A program made the translations under genes and the position numbers. DNA of 64,000 nucleotides from Candidatus Micrarchaeota archaeon (GTDB lineage Archaea > Micrarchaeota > Micrarchaeia > Anstonellales > Bilamarchaeaceae). Each line of letters starts with the position of its first letter. Within the stretch, counting starts at the first letter, position 1. Shown piece after piece: positions 55,609 through 64,000 of this stretch. The stretch is taken from contig JBBSVO010000006.1 of the NCBI GenBank assembly GCA_038046805.1, positions 172,976-236,975 on the forward strand. Reading direction: 5' to 3'. The notes beneath the pieces are model-generated. The model ran no database searches. It was not told the DNA's origin and saw only the letters and a list, made by a program, of their open reading frames with translations.

Positions 55609-57435
55609 ATGACAGATGATACTATGCTCCTTTTTTCAGATGTTGCTAAAGTTTTCTCGGAAATCGAATCCCGCTCGGGAAGACTGGAAATGACGGATAT
55701 TCTCGCGGAATTGTTCAAGCGTGCGGACAAGTCCGAAGTTGGCCGTCTTGTTTATTTAATCCAGGGAATTCTCGCACCACCATATGAAGGAATAGATCTT
55801 GGGCTCGGTGAACAGTTTGCGATAAGGGCAATTGCCGCCTCAGCGGGCTATTCCCGCGAACAGGTTGAAGCCAACTACAAAAAATCCGGGGATCTGGGTC
55901 TAACTGCCGAAGAACTTCTAAAAAAGAAAAGACAACAGGCACTTTCATCAACCGAGATGGATGTCGTATACGTTCATACGGCATTCGTGAAAATGGCAAA
56001 AACCGGAGGAACCGGTTCACAGGAATTAAAGATAAAATATCTTACTGAACTTTTGAATAATTCAGAACCGCTCGGCGGGCGGTTTATTGTTAGATTTGTA
56101 ATCGGGCAGCTAAGGTTGGGCGTAGGGGATCCAACAATCCTGGACTCGCTTTCTGTTTCTCGCACTGGGGATAAATCTCTTCGCGAGGAATTGGAGCGTG
56201 CTTATGGTGTTTGCGCTGACATGGGTTATGTTGCAACCGTTTTCTTTGAAAATCCAGATAAAATAAGAAAATTCTCTGTTCAGCCTTTCAAGCCGTTGAT
56301 GCCTGCGCTTGCTGAGCGTCTTTCCACTCCTGAAGAAATCATTGAAAAAATTCCAATTTGTTCGGTTGAGATGAAATTTGATGGGTTCAGACTTCAGGTG
56401 CACAAAAAAGGCAGTGGTGTGGAGTTCTACTCCAGAAAATTGGAAAAAATGACCCCCATGTTTCCGGAACTGGTTTCCGCGGTGCAATCCCTAAAATGTG
56501 ATTCAATAATATTTGAAGGGGAGGCGTTGGCATATGAGGAGACCGGAACTGGAAAATCATTAAAAAAGAACTATCTTTCTTTTCAGGAAACGATCCAGCG
56601 AAAGCGAAAGCACGGTATTTCAGATGCAGCAAAAGCATTCCCGCTTAATTTGTTTTCTTTTGACATACTTTATCTTGACGGAAAGGACCTTACAACAGAA
56701 CCATATGAAAAACGCAGGAAAATTCTTGAAAAAATATTTCCGAGCGGAAAAAATTTGAAACTAAGCGAAAGAAAAATCATCAAATCAACAAGCGCATTGG
56801 AAAAATTATTCCGTGAATCGATGGATTCCGGGCTTGAAGGAATAATGGCAAAGGATCCAAATGCCCAATACGCCGCCGGAAAGCGCAAATTCGCCTGGAT
56901 AAAGCTGAAAAAATCCTATGGTAAGGCTGTGGATACAATTGACGTGGTTATTGTTGGTTACTATCTTGGAAAAGGTGCTCGTGTGGAGTTTGAATTCGGC
57001 GGTCTTCTCGCAGCCGTGCAGAATACCGAAAGCGGAAAGCTCGAAACCGTGGCTAAAATAGGAGGTGGTTTCTCAGAAGACGAACTGCGCCAGTTTAAGG
57101 AAATGCTTGAAAAAATCCAGACAAAATCCCCACCAAAAGATTTGGAATTCAACGATGCACAGAAGCCGGATTACTGGGTTGTTCCAAAGCATGTGGCCGA
57201 AGTTGCGTTTGATGAAATTACGCAATCGCCTACGCATACGTGCGGAATGAAAACTAGTAAAGAAGGGGGTGCAAAAGGACCTTCAACTTCGCAGAAGTTG
57301 GAGGGGCAGAGAACGAAGTTCTCTGGATATGCACTGAGATTCCCGCGTCTGCTCGTTCTCAGAGAGGATAAAAGCGTGAAGGAAATAACCACGAGCGAAG
57401 AAGTTGAGTCGCTTTATTACAAGCAGAGAAAATGA
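55609..57435 (+). CDS. lig: ATP-dependent DNA ligase
   Basis: EMKFDGFRLQVH (KxDGxR) adenylation motif. Start taken at MTDDTMLLFSDVAKVF. Confidence 0.85.
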   Translation: MTDDTMLLFSDVAKVFSEIESRSGRLEMTDILAELFKRADKSEVGRLVYLIQGILAPPYEGIDLGLGEQFAIRAIAASAGYSREQVEANYKKSGDLGLTAEELLKKKRQQALSSTEMDVVYVHTAFVKMAKTGGTGSQELKIKYLTELLNNSEPLGGRFIVRFVIGQLRLGVGDPTILDSLSVSRTGDKSLREELERAYGVCADMGYVATVFFENPDKIRKFSVQPFKPLMPALAERLSTPEEIIEKIPICSVEMKFDGFRLQVHKKGSGVEFYSRKLEKMTPMFPELVSAVQSLKCDSIIFEGEALAYEETGTGKSLKKNYLSFQETIQRKRKHGISDAAKAFPLNLFSFDILYLDGKDLTTEPYEKRRKILEKIFPSGKNLKLSERKIIKSTSALEKLFRESMDSGLEGIMAKDPNAQYAAGKRKFAWIKLKKSYGKAVDTIDVVIVGYYLGKGARVEFEFGGLLAAVQNTESGKLETVAKIGGGFSEDELRQFKEMLEKIQTKSPPKDLEFNDAQKPDYWVVPKHVAEVAFDEITQSPTHTCGMKTSKEGGAKGPSTSQKLEGQRTKFSGYALRFPRLLVLREDKSVKEITTSEEVESLYYKQRK

Positions 57436-57574
57436 GAAATACGGATATTCAATCAGTTTTCTTCAGGGCTTTCGTGCGGCTCTCCAAATATAAAGAAATC
57501 ACATTAACCATAATCAATGCAATTGAAATCGCCGTAACCCCGTTCATACGAAAAACTTCGTTGGTTTGATATAT

Positions 57575-57946
57575 TTACACTAATTTCAACCCTTTCACAA
57601 ACTCAAAATCCTTTCTATTTTTTGTGAAAAGGAATGCGTTGTTTTCAATACACGTTGCCGCAGTAATGACATTATCCACTGAAAATTCCTTCCCTCGGTC
57701 TCTTGCCTCGTCTATTATTCTCGCAGCAGTCTCTGCGGTTTTTCTTCCAAAATCAAGAATGCTTATGTTATTTATGAAAGCAGAAAGAGCCTCCCCGTTT
57801 TTTACTCCAACCATAATCTGAAAAAGCGAATTTGAGGTCATACATATCTCTTCCCTGTCTGCGTAATACTGTATTTTTTTAACGATTGTTTTGTCCCCGC
57901 GCAGGAAATCAACAATAACGTCCGTATCAAGGCAGATTTTTTCCAT
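57575..57946 (-). CDS. vapC: PIN-domain toxin VapC
   Basis: ICLDTDVIVDFL N-terminal motif. Confidence 0.65.
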   Translation of the reverse strand: MEKICLDTDVIVDFLRGDKTIVKKIQYYADREEICMTSNSLFQIMVGVKNGEALSAFINNISILDFGRKTAETAARIIDEARDRGKEFSVDNVITAATCIENNAFLFTKNRKDFEFVKGLKLV

Positions 57947-57988
57947 ATGCTCAACTATTTCCTTTAGATTTTATTTCCTTTAGATTTG

Positions 57989-58192
57989 CTATTTGTTCCT
58001 CTTCATCCTTTCAATTACGCGCGTATCAATATCCAATTCGCTTATGCTGCCTGCAAATACCAATATGTTCCGTTTTTCTTCTCTTTCTTTAACCAGATAT
58101 CTAAGCACTTCGCTAAAGCTCATTCCCTTTGCTCGTTTGATTCGGTATAATTCCGCGTACACATCGTCCATTATCGTGATAACTCTGACCAT
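57989..58192 (-). CDS. putative antitoxin (VapB/AbrB/SpoVT-like)
   Basis: 67-aa protein immediately upstream of vapC (MVRVITIMDDVYAEL). Confidence 0.45.
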   Translation of the reverse strand: MVRVITIMDDVYAELYRIKRAKGMSFSEVLRYLVKEREEKRNILVFAGSISELDIDTRVIERMKRNK

Positions 58193-58415
58193 ATTTCTCA
58201 GTAAATGTATTTACTAAATGTATTTAAAAGTTTACCTCTTAGACCTTGTTTCTGTGAAGTATGCTTAACAAGCATGGTTTAACTTCATCGTCGTAAAGAT
58301 GCATGTTTTTAAATAACTCTTTTTACGAGATAGATACCAGACTTTCACTCCCGTAAGGCGCACATGTGTCTACAGGAGGTAAAAATGCTGGCGACCAGAA
58401 AAAAGGTGTATAACT

Positions 58416-59486
58416 ATGGAAGACTTGGTAAAATCCGTTATGGGCGAAACTGTAGCTCCCTCTACGAGCGATGATGGAAGCTCCGAAACAATTAGAATTG
58501 TTACAATCGGAGTTGGTGGTGCTGGAAACAATACTGTAAACAGACTCATAAAATCAGGAGTAAAAGGTACAGAGCTTGTTGCAGTAAACACAGACAAGCA
58601 GCACTTGAATATTGTCCATGAAAGGGCAAGAAAGGTTTTGATCGGCCGATCAGTTACAAAAGGACTTGGTGCAGGTGGTTATCCGGAAGTCGGTGAAAAA
58701 TCTGCAGAAGTTGACAGGCCATTGCTTGAAAAAGAGCTTGAAGGTGCTCACCTTGCATTTGTTTGCGCAGGTATGGGTGGTGGTACTGGTGGTGGTGCTG
58801 CCCCAGTTGTTGCACAGGTTGCAAAAGAGCAAGGCGCAATTGTAGTTGCTATGGTTACCTACCCATTTGCTCTCGAAAGAGCAAGAAAAAAGAAAGCAGA
58901 AGAGGGTATCCAGAAATTGAAGAAATTCTGCGACTCGGTAATTATTCTCGACAACAACAGATTGGTTCAGATGTTCCCGAACCTGCCAATGACAGAAGCA
59001 TTTGCAGTTGCAGATGAAATCCTTGCAAGGGCAATCAGCGGTCTTGTATGGACGATTACCCAACCATCTTTGATTAACATTGACTTTGCAGATGTTCGCT
59101 CAATTATGCAGGGCGGCGGAGTCGGATTTATTGCAGTTGGCGAAGGAAAAGGCACAGACAAGGTTCGCTCAGCATCCGAAGGTGTCATAAAGAACAGGTT
59201 GCTTGACGTTGACTTTGAAGGTGCAAAAGGTGCATTAATCCACATCTCTGGCGGTGCAGATCTTACACTTGGTGACGCAATAAAAGCCGGTGAAATGATC
59301 ACAGAGAAAATGGATGCAGAGGCTAACGTAAAATGGGGCGCAAGAATAATGCAGAATTACGACGGTAAATTGGAAATTGTCGCAATAGTTACCGGAGTAA
59401 AAGGAGCGAGCATTGTCGGCGGCTCAACTGACGAAGAGCCAGCATCTATGGGTGCATTCAGCTCTGACCTGGAAATTCTCGGATAA
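58416..59486 (+). CDS. ftsZ: cell division GTPase FtsZ
   Basis: GVGGAGNN…GMGGGTGGGAAPVVAQ tubulin signature. Confidence 0.9.
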   Translation: MEDLVKSVMGETVAPSTSDDGSSETIRIVTIGVGGAGNNTVNRLIKSGVKGTELVAVNTDKQHLNIVHERARKVLIGRSVTKGLGAGGYPEVGEKSAEVDRPLLEKELEGAHLAFVCAGMGGGTGGGAAPVVAQVAKEQGAIVVAMVTYPFALERARKKKAEEGIQKLKKFCDSVIILDNNRLVQMFPNLPMTEAFAVADEILARAISGLVWTITQPSLINIDFADVRSIMQGGGVGFIAVGEGKGTDKVRSASEGVIKNRLLDVDFEGAKGALIHISGGADLTLGDAIKAGEMITEKMDAEANVKWGARIMQNYDGKLEIVAIVTGVKGASIVGGSTDEEPASMGAFSSDLEILG

Positions 59487-59624
59487 ATTTTTATCCGGAA
59501 TTTCTTTCTTCTTTTTTCTTATTATTTTCTCTCCTTTTCTTCGTTTTTATTCCGCTTTTTTATGATGTTGTTTTTCCGCTTTGTTTAATCTCTTTAAAAA
59601 TTCTTTTGCGCACATATTCTTGTT

Positions 59625-59996
59625 ATGAGCAGAGTTACGGTACCTCCATTTACCAAGGTAAGCCGGACTGGCAGTAAACAGACTCCCGATGTTACGTCCG
59701 ACCAGTCCGGAACCAAACCTCATTCATGTTGGGCAAAATTCTGGGGACTTTTTAATCGGGAGTTGTCGCAGTCCAATATCCGTTCATTGGTTTTGAGCGG
59801 AGACGCTGATGGTTTGGAAAGACTGATTGAAAAATATAGATGTGATTCCGGAGAGCTTGATACGATAAATACTACTTTATGGAATTTATTGAATCTAAAA
59901 GGTCGTATTCCTTCCCAGAATGAAAGAGCTATCATAAACAGGGCCAGAGATGTCATACGAAAAATTCAGGAACTGGGAACATATTCGAGCGGTTAA
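59625..59996 (+). CDS. hypothetical protein
   Basis: ORF only. Confidence 0.3.
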   Translation: MSRVTVPPFTKVSRTGSKQTPDVTSDQSGTKPHSCWAKFWGLFNRELSQSNIRSLVLSGDADGLERLIEKYRCDSGELDTINTTLWNLLNLKGRIPSQNERAIINRARDVIRKIQELGTYSSG

Positions 59997-60034
59997 AATT
60001 TCAAATTACAAAACTGGGAACAAAGAAGATAAAT

Positions 60035-60212
60035 TGGGCCCGTTGTGATTTGAACACAAGACCTTTCGATTTCTATTGCATTTGTGCGATATCAGTCGAA
60101 CGCTCCAACCGGATTGCTCGTCCCTTCGGACTTTTTCTGCCTCAGGACTTTTCCGCTGGAGCGCTTTTGTCCTTTGGCTTCTGAAGTCAAAAGGGCCCTG
60201 AGCTACGGGCCC
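60035..60212 (-). tRNA. tRNA-Ile(GAU) with two introns (D-loop ~83 nt; canonical 37/38 19 nt), 178 nt
   Basis: GGGCCCG-TA-GCTC…GAGC-G-TTCGA-CTGATA[19 nt]A-TCGAA-AGGTC-TTGTG-TTCAAAT-CACAA-CGGGCCC-A. All stems pair canonically. Confidence 0.6.
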
Positions 60213-60425
60213 GCCAATACTAACTGTTTAATTGCATTACTTATTCTGCCTTGTAACAAAGTAAGTCGCAAGGAGCACGATTCCCACCATCGAAAGGGAG
60301 AAAACTACTTCTTCTATCATGTGAATATTTGTATCCATTCCCTTTTTTAAAGTGTGTCCCGACACTTTCCACAATTTGCGAATAAACAATAACTATATAA
60401 ACTTATATACTATATAAATACATAG

Positions 60426-60710
60426 GTGATACGAATGCAAAAATCAATTCAAGAAATAATACATTATCCAAGGCTTGATACGGTTATAATGGTAGAAGAA
60501 GCTATCAAAAAAGCAAGGGAATACCCGACAAAAGCGGCGCTTCTAAGAAGTCTTAAGAAGAAAGTAATGTATCAAACTTTTCTTGTCATACTGGGTTATT
60601 TGGAAGAATCAAATAAAATACATGTAGATAAACGGGATGGTCGGGTCGTGTGGATATGGAATCCCAAGGGCGTGGATGATATTCTCTCTTGCAATCTGGT
60701 GGCAAGATGA
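60426..60710 (+). CDS. putative antitoxin of RelE-like toxin
   Basis: 94-aa ORF overlapping the following toxin-like gene. Confidence 0.3.
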   Translation: MIRMQKSIQEIIHYPRLDTVIMVEEAIKKAREYPTKAALLRSLKKKVMYQTFLVILGYLEESNKIHVDKRDGRVVWIWNPKGVDDILSCNLVAR

Positions 60711-61042
60711 TAAAAGAAAACATGGTCGGATTTGCAGACGAGAAAATAAAACGGGCATTTCTTGATCTTAATCAGGGAAAAGGTGCAGAGCAGCAATTAT
60801 GCGAGTTTCTGAATCGCGCATTTGATGACCTTAAATTTAATCCGTTCTGCGGAATAAAAATCCCAAAAACGCTCTGGCCAAAGGAGTATGTTCGAAAATA
60901 TTCAATTGATAATCTTTGGAAGTACGATCTTCCTGATGGCTGGAGATTGGTTTATACAATACGTGCCAATCAGGTAACTATTCTTACGGTGGTCCTAGAA
61001 TGGTTTGATCATAAAGAGTACGAACGGAGATTCAACTACTAG
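60689..61042 (+). CDS. RelE/ParE-superfamily toxin-like protein
   Basis: C-terminal GWRLVYTIRANQVTILTVVLEWFDHKEYERRF resembles the RelE/YoeB signature. Confidence 0.45.
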   Translation: MQSGGKMIKENMVGFADEKIKRAFLDLNQGKGAEQQLCEFLNRAFDDLKFNPFCGIKIPKTLWPKEYVRKYSIDNLWKYDLPDGWRLVYTIRANQVTILTVVLEWFDHKEYERRFNY

Positions 61043-61090
61043 AACCGCGTGAGCAAATGATTTTAATCGGTTGCCTACCAATTCTTTATC

Positions 61091-62215
61091 GTGAAAATCG
61101 CTATTATTTCTGATACTCATTTGGGTTATGCCCGTTTTGAGGATGATGCAGCCGAGCAGGCAGAATCAGCATTTCTTGATGCAGCAAAAAAAGCAGATCT
61201 TATTCTTTACGCCGGAGATGTTTTTGACGTGAAAGTCCCGCGTTTGGAAACAATGAGGCACGCGGTTGACATGCTCAGGAAAGCAGGCGCGTCCAGAGTT
61301 CCAATCTACGCAATCCACGGAAACCACGAAAGAAGAAGCAAGGACATGGTTAATCCTGTTCAGCTCTTGGCGACTGTTGGGGTTCTCAATTACCTGCACG
61401 CAAGCGGAACAATTTTTGAAAAAAATAATGAAAGGATTTTCATTTTCGGGATGGGGAGCGTGCCAGAGGATTTAGCCGCAACTGCATTGAAGACCGCGGT
61501 AGGGCGGGTTGAAGTGCCGAGTGGAATGCTTAGAATTCTTATGCTTCACCAGACTATAAAGGATTTTTCGCTTGGGGGAGAGGACGATCTCACGATGGAT
61601 GAAATTTCAGGCCTACCTTTTGACTTAATTGTGAACGGACACATCCACAAGACGATAATTAATAACGAAGAAAATATGTTAATCCCGGGAAGTACTGTCA
61701 TCACCCAGCTTAAGGAGGATGAAACTGCCCCGCGCGGGTACATACTTTATGATACCTCTTCCAAAAAACCAGAATTTGTTGAAATCCCGCACCGAAAGTT
61801 TCTTTACGCGGAATTGAAATTCTCTTCTGCGAGTATGGTTGAAGTGCGAAATGTAGTAATTGAGAAGCTTGCGGAACTGAAAAAATTGGCAGATGGGGCG
61901 AAAAAACAACCAATAATTCGCATAAAACTTTCTGGAACTCTTAAGGAAGGAATCCGTCCATCAGATTTATTCATCTCAGCAGATGGGGCATTTATAGATA
62001 ATCAGTTGAACCGTAACGATGCGGGGATGAAACTTTCTCTTCCTTCCACTCCATCCGGAAGAACCGGAACAGTAACTGAAATAGCAATTTCTCTTCTGCG
62101 GAATAAAATCGGGGACAAAATGAAGCTGCTGGATCCAGCAATACTTTTTGATAAAGTTTCTGGCGATGTTGAATCTGCAGCGGAATATGTAAACTCAGCC
62201 GGTAATTCTCAATAA
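61091..62215 (+). CDS. Mre11/SbcD-family metallophosphoesterase (DNA repair nuclease-like)
   Basis: IAIISDTHLG…GDVFD…IHGNHE…GHIH calcineurin-like motifs. Confidence 0.65.
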   Translation: MKIAIISDTHLGYARFEDDAAEQAESAFLDAAKKADLILYAGDVFDVKVPRLETMRHAVDMLRKAGASRVPIYAIHGNHERRSKDMVNPVQLLATVGVLNYLHASGTIFEKNNERIFIFGMGSVPEDLAATALKTAVGRVEVPSGMLRILMLHQTIKDFSLGGEDDLTMDEISGLPFDLIVNGHIHKTIINNEENMLIPGSTVITQLKEDETAPRGYILYDTSSKKPEFVEIPHRKFLYAELKFSSASMVEVRNVVIEKLAELKKLADGAKKQPIIRIKLSGTLKEGIRPSDLFISADGAFIDNQLNRNDAGMKLSLPSTPSGRTGTVTEIAISLLRNKIGDKMKLLDPAILFDKVSGDVESAAEYVNSAGNSQ

Positions 62216-63316
62216 TGCATCTGCAAACTCCTTTGCATTTGCAGCGCTTTTCAAAGAAACATCCGAGAAATGGGTTCTCATGGTTTTGAATCCAAGTGAA
62301 TTCAATTCTTCAATTATCTTGCTCATTTTCGGAACGCTCTTCATGGAAATTCTTCTGCACATCCTGTGAACATTGTAATATCCAGGTGGCATTTCAATTT
62401 CTCCTTCAATCAGTGCCAGAATTTTTTCTATCTCTTCAATATCCTCATAATCTTTTTTTCCGTTGAGTTTTCGCATTTTTGAGAGTGTTTCTCCGTCGTT
62501 TAGCCTCCCAATCCACAGTGGTCCACCCCATCTGGTTTCATTTCCGCAGTTTCCGCATTTTTCAATTATTTTTCCCCAACTTTCTCTCCACCCACATTTT
62601 TCGCAATAAGAAATATAACCAAAGTTCCTTATGTTTTCGTCACTTTTTGCCGCACTACTTTCGCACTTTACAATGACCTTGAGATAATGCCTGTCGGAAA
62701 GAGAAACGAGCGGACTTATTCCAAAATTAAATTCCGAGGCTGCCTCGGCAATTCTCCTAATCAGAATCCGCAATCCGTTTTCGTGCGTAAACTCATTATT
62801 CAGGCTTTTTGCATGATAGTTCTTTAGACAAGCGGTCTTCTCATGGCCGCACAGGACGGCAGTATCTGTTGCAGTAGCGGATAGATAAAATGTTTTCGTT
62901 CCGCTCTGGTTCATGCGGAAGAATACCGCGAATAAATAGGGGGCAGGTGTTCCAAAAGGATCAAGTTCTATGAAGTTAAATTCAAAGTCTGTTGCATCAG
63001 CCACGAGAAATTTTACTATATCATCATTCACAATTTTTGCCTTTCTTGCCGATATTTTGTTTTTTGCCGCATTCTTTTTTGCAAGTGCAATTGCATTTTT
63101 GCTCCAGTCAAGGAAAGTAACAGAACTTACGTTCTTGTTTTCTTTCGCATATCGTATTCCGCGTATTCCGCTTGCGCAGAATCCATCCAGCACATTAAGT
63201 TTTTCTCCAATTGCACCAACTGCAAGGGAGCTGAAGCTGCGGCAGAATCGCATCTCTGGATTGTAGAATATTTTATCTGCTGAGAATATTTTGCTTTCTT
63301 CTTCCATATTTCTCAC
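62195..63316 (-). CDS. trm1: tRNA (guanine26-N2)-dimethyltransferase Trm1
   Basis: FYNPEMRFCR motif plus C-terminal zinc finger (CEKCGW…CGNCG). Confidence 0.8.
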   Translation of the reverse strand: MRNMEEESKIFSADKIFYNPEMRFCRSFSSLAVGAIGEKLNVLDGFCASGIRGIRYAKENKNVSSVTFLDWSKNAIALAKKNAAKNKISARKAKIVNDDIVKFLVADATDFEFNFIELDPFGTPAPYLFAVFFRMNQSGTKTFYLSATATDTAVLCGHEKTACLKNYHAKSLNNEFTHENGLRILIRRIAEAASEFNFGISPLVSLSDRHYLKVIVKCESSAAKSDENIRNFGYISYCEKCGWRESWGKIIEKCGNCGNETRWGGPLWIGRLNDGETLSKMRKLNGKKDYEDIEEIEKILALIEGEIEMPPGYYNVHRMCRRISMKSVPKMSKIIEELNSLGFKTMRTHFSDVSLKSAANAKEFADALLRITG

Positions 63317-63319
63317 GTT

Positions 63320-64000
63320 TTATTTTTCTTCATCAATAAATTCTCTCATTGCAACCGTTGCATAGCTTCCTGCCTGTAGTGAGAACGTAAATATGCCAGC
63401 AATATTATCTTCTTCATCGGTCTTCATATCAAATTCGAAATCCTTTAACGGTGCAAGAAGCGTTCTCAAACTTCCGTTAGAGCTTATTTCCGGGATTTTC
63501 TTCACACGAAAATCGCTTCTTCTGATTCCAAGTTCCTGCAATACTCTTTCCTCGCGTTCGTTTGTTTCTGTTTCATAACCGATTAGTTTGCCGACAATAT
63601 ATCTGCCTTCGTCAGTATCTTTTTTATTTATATCCGGAAATCCGAATTCGTTTTCTCCGCAAAAATATTCCCCCTCTTCGCAGGATATTTCTCCATTCTT
63701 TATCCGTTCTGAAATGCAAATGTTAAATATATAGCTTTGTAACGCATGAACAAACATCAAAAGGATATTACGCGGCAATCTTCTAAGTGCTCCGATATAA
63801 TCTTCCGGAGTTTCTGCCAAATGTGCAAGCATTGAGCGTTCAAGACGGAGGTGTTTTGGAAAGTTTTTCAGCGCAGCGGCGTAATCTTCTGTCTCAAGCA
63901 ATTGTTTTCTTGCCGTGCTTGCAGAATCATTTTTCTCTCCATCCGAGTTTGTCAGGTATTCGGTTACTGCCCCCTCAAAATCTCCTTTTACAATCCGTTC
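63320..64000 (-). CDS. truD: tRNA pseudouridine synthase TruD/Pus7, C-terminal part (gene continues beyond window)
   Basis: C-terminal …AGSYATVAMREF matches the TruD tail. The reading frame stays open to the window edge. Confidence 0.55.
   Translation of the reverse strand, partial: ERIVKGDFEGAVTEYLTNSDGEKNDSASTARKQLLETEDYAAALKNFPKHLRLERSMLAHLAETPEDYIGALRRLPRNILLMFVHALQSYIFNICISERIKNGEISCEEGEYFCGENEFGFPDINKKDTDEGRYIVGKLIGYETETNEREERVLQELGIRRSDFRVKKIPEISSNGSLRTLLAPLKDFEFDMKTDEEDNIAGIFTFSLQAGSYATVAMREFIDEEK

Noticed and set aside
1-64000. CRISPR arrays, rRNA genes, transposase/IS elements
   Set aside because: No regularly spaced short repeats, no rRNA-like conserved blocks, and no transposase-like ORFs were seen on either strand.

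Overview
This 64-kb window is a low-GC, gene-dense archaeal chromosomal segment. Archaeal affiliation is supported by DNA-directed RNA polymerase subunit L/Rpo11, exosome Csl4, the adjacent DUF357 and KsgA genes, ribosomal proteins S15P, S3Ae and L40e, NAC alpha, proteasome alpha subunit, an archaeal-type ProRS, ATP-dependent DNA ligase, class-III-signal pilins, an S-layer-like glycoprotein and multi-intron tRNAs. Housekeeping genes for translation, RNA processing, cell division and DNA repair are interleaved with accessory content. The accessory content includes five putative toxin-antitoxin or abortive-infection pairs, a small pilin cluster and a cell-surface/glycosylation cluster. The most unusual part is an uncharacterised Cys-rich repeat protein family present twice. 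One copy is a 527-aa fused protein embedded inside an AmmeMemoRadiSam operon (radical SAM, MEMO1-like, AMMECR1-like), next to a second radical-SAM gene of TIGR01210/RaSEA-like type. The other copy is split into two adjacent genes in a separate operon with a tRNA-binding (Trbp111/CsaA-like) protein, an HExxH protein and an ATP-cone/P-loop kinase. Another candidate novel module pairs a class-II aaRS-like catalytic-core protein with a small radical SAM enzyme under a divergent TrmB regulator. All four tRNA genes carry non-canonical D-loop introns, two of them with a second intron, and the intron sequences are related to each other and to short dispersed intergenic repeats. Also present are a palindromic element (TTGAACGG-N4-CCGTTCAA) found repeatedly, a duplicated 5' end of rtcA, and a shared promoter motif pair. 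No rRNA or CRISPR was seen. All calls rest on reading the sequence and ORF translations; no database searches were run.
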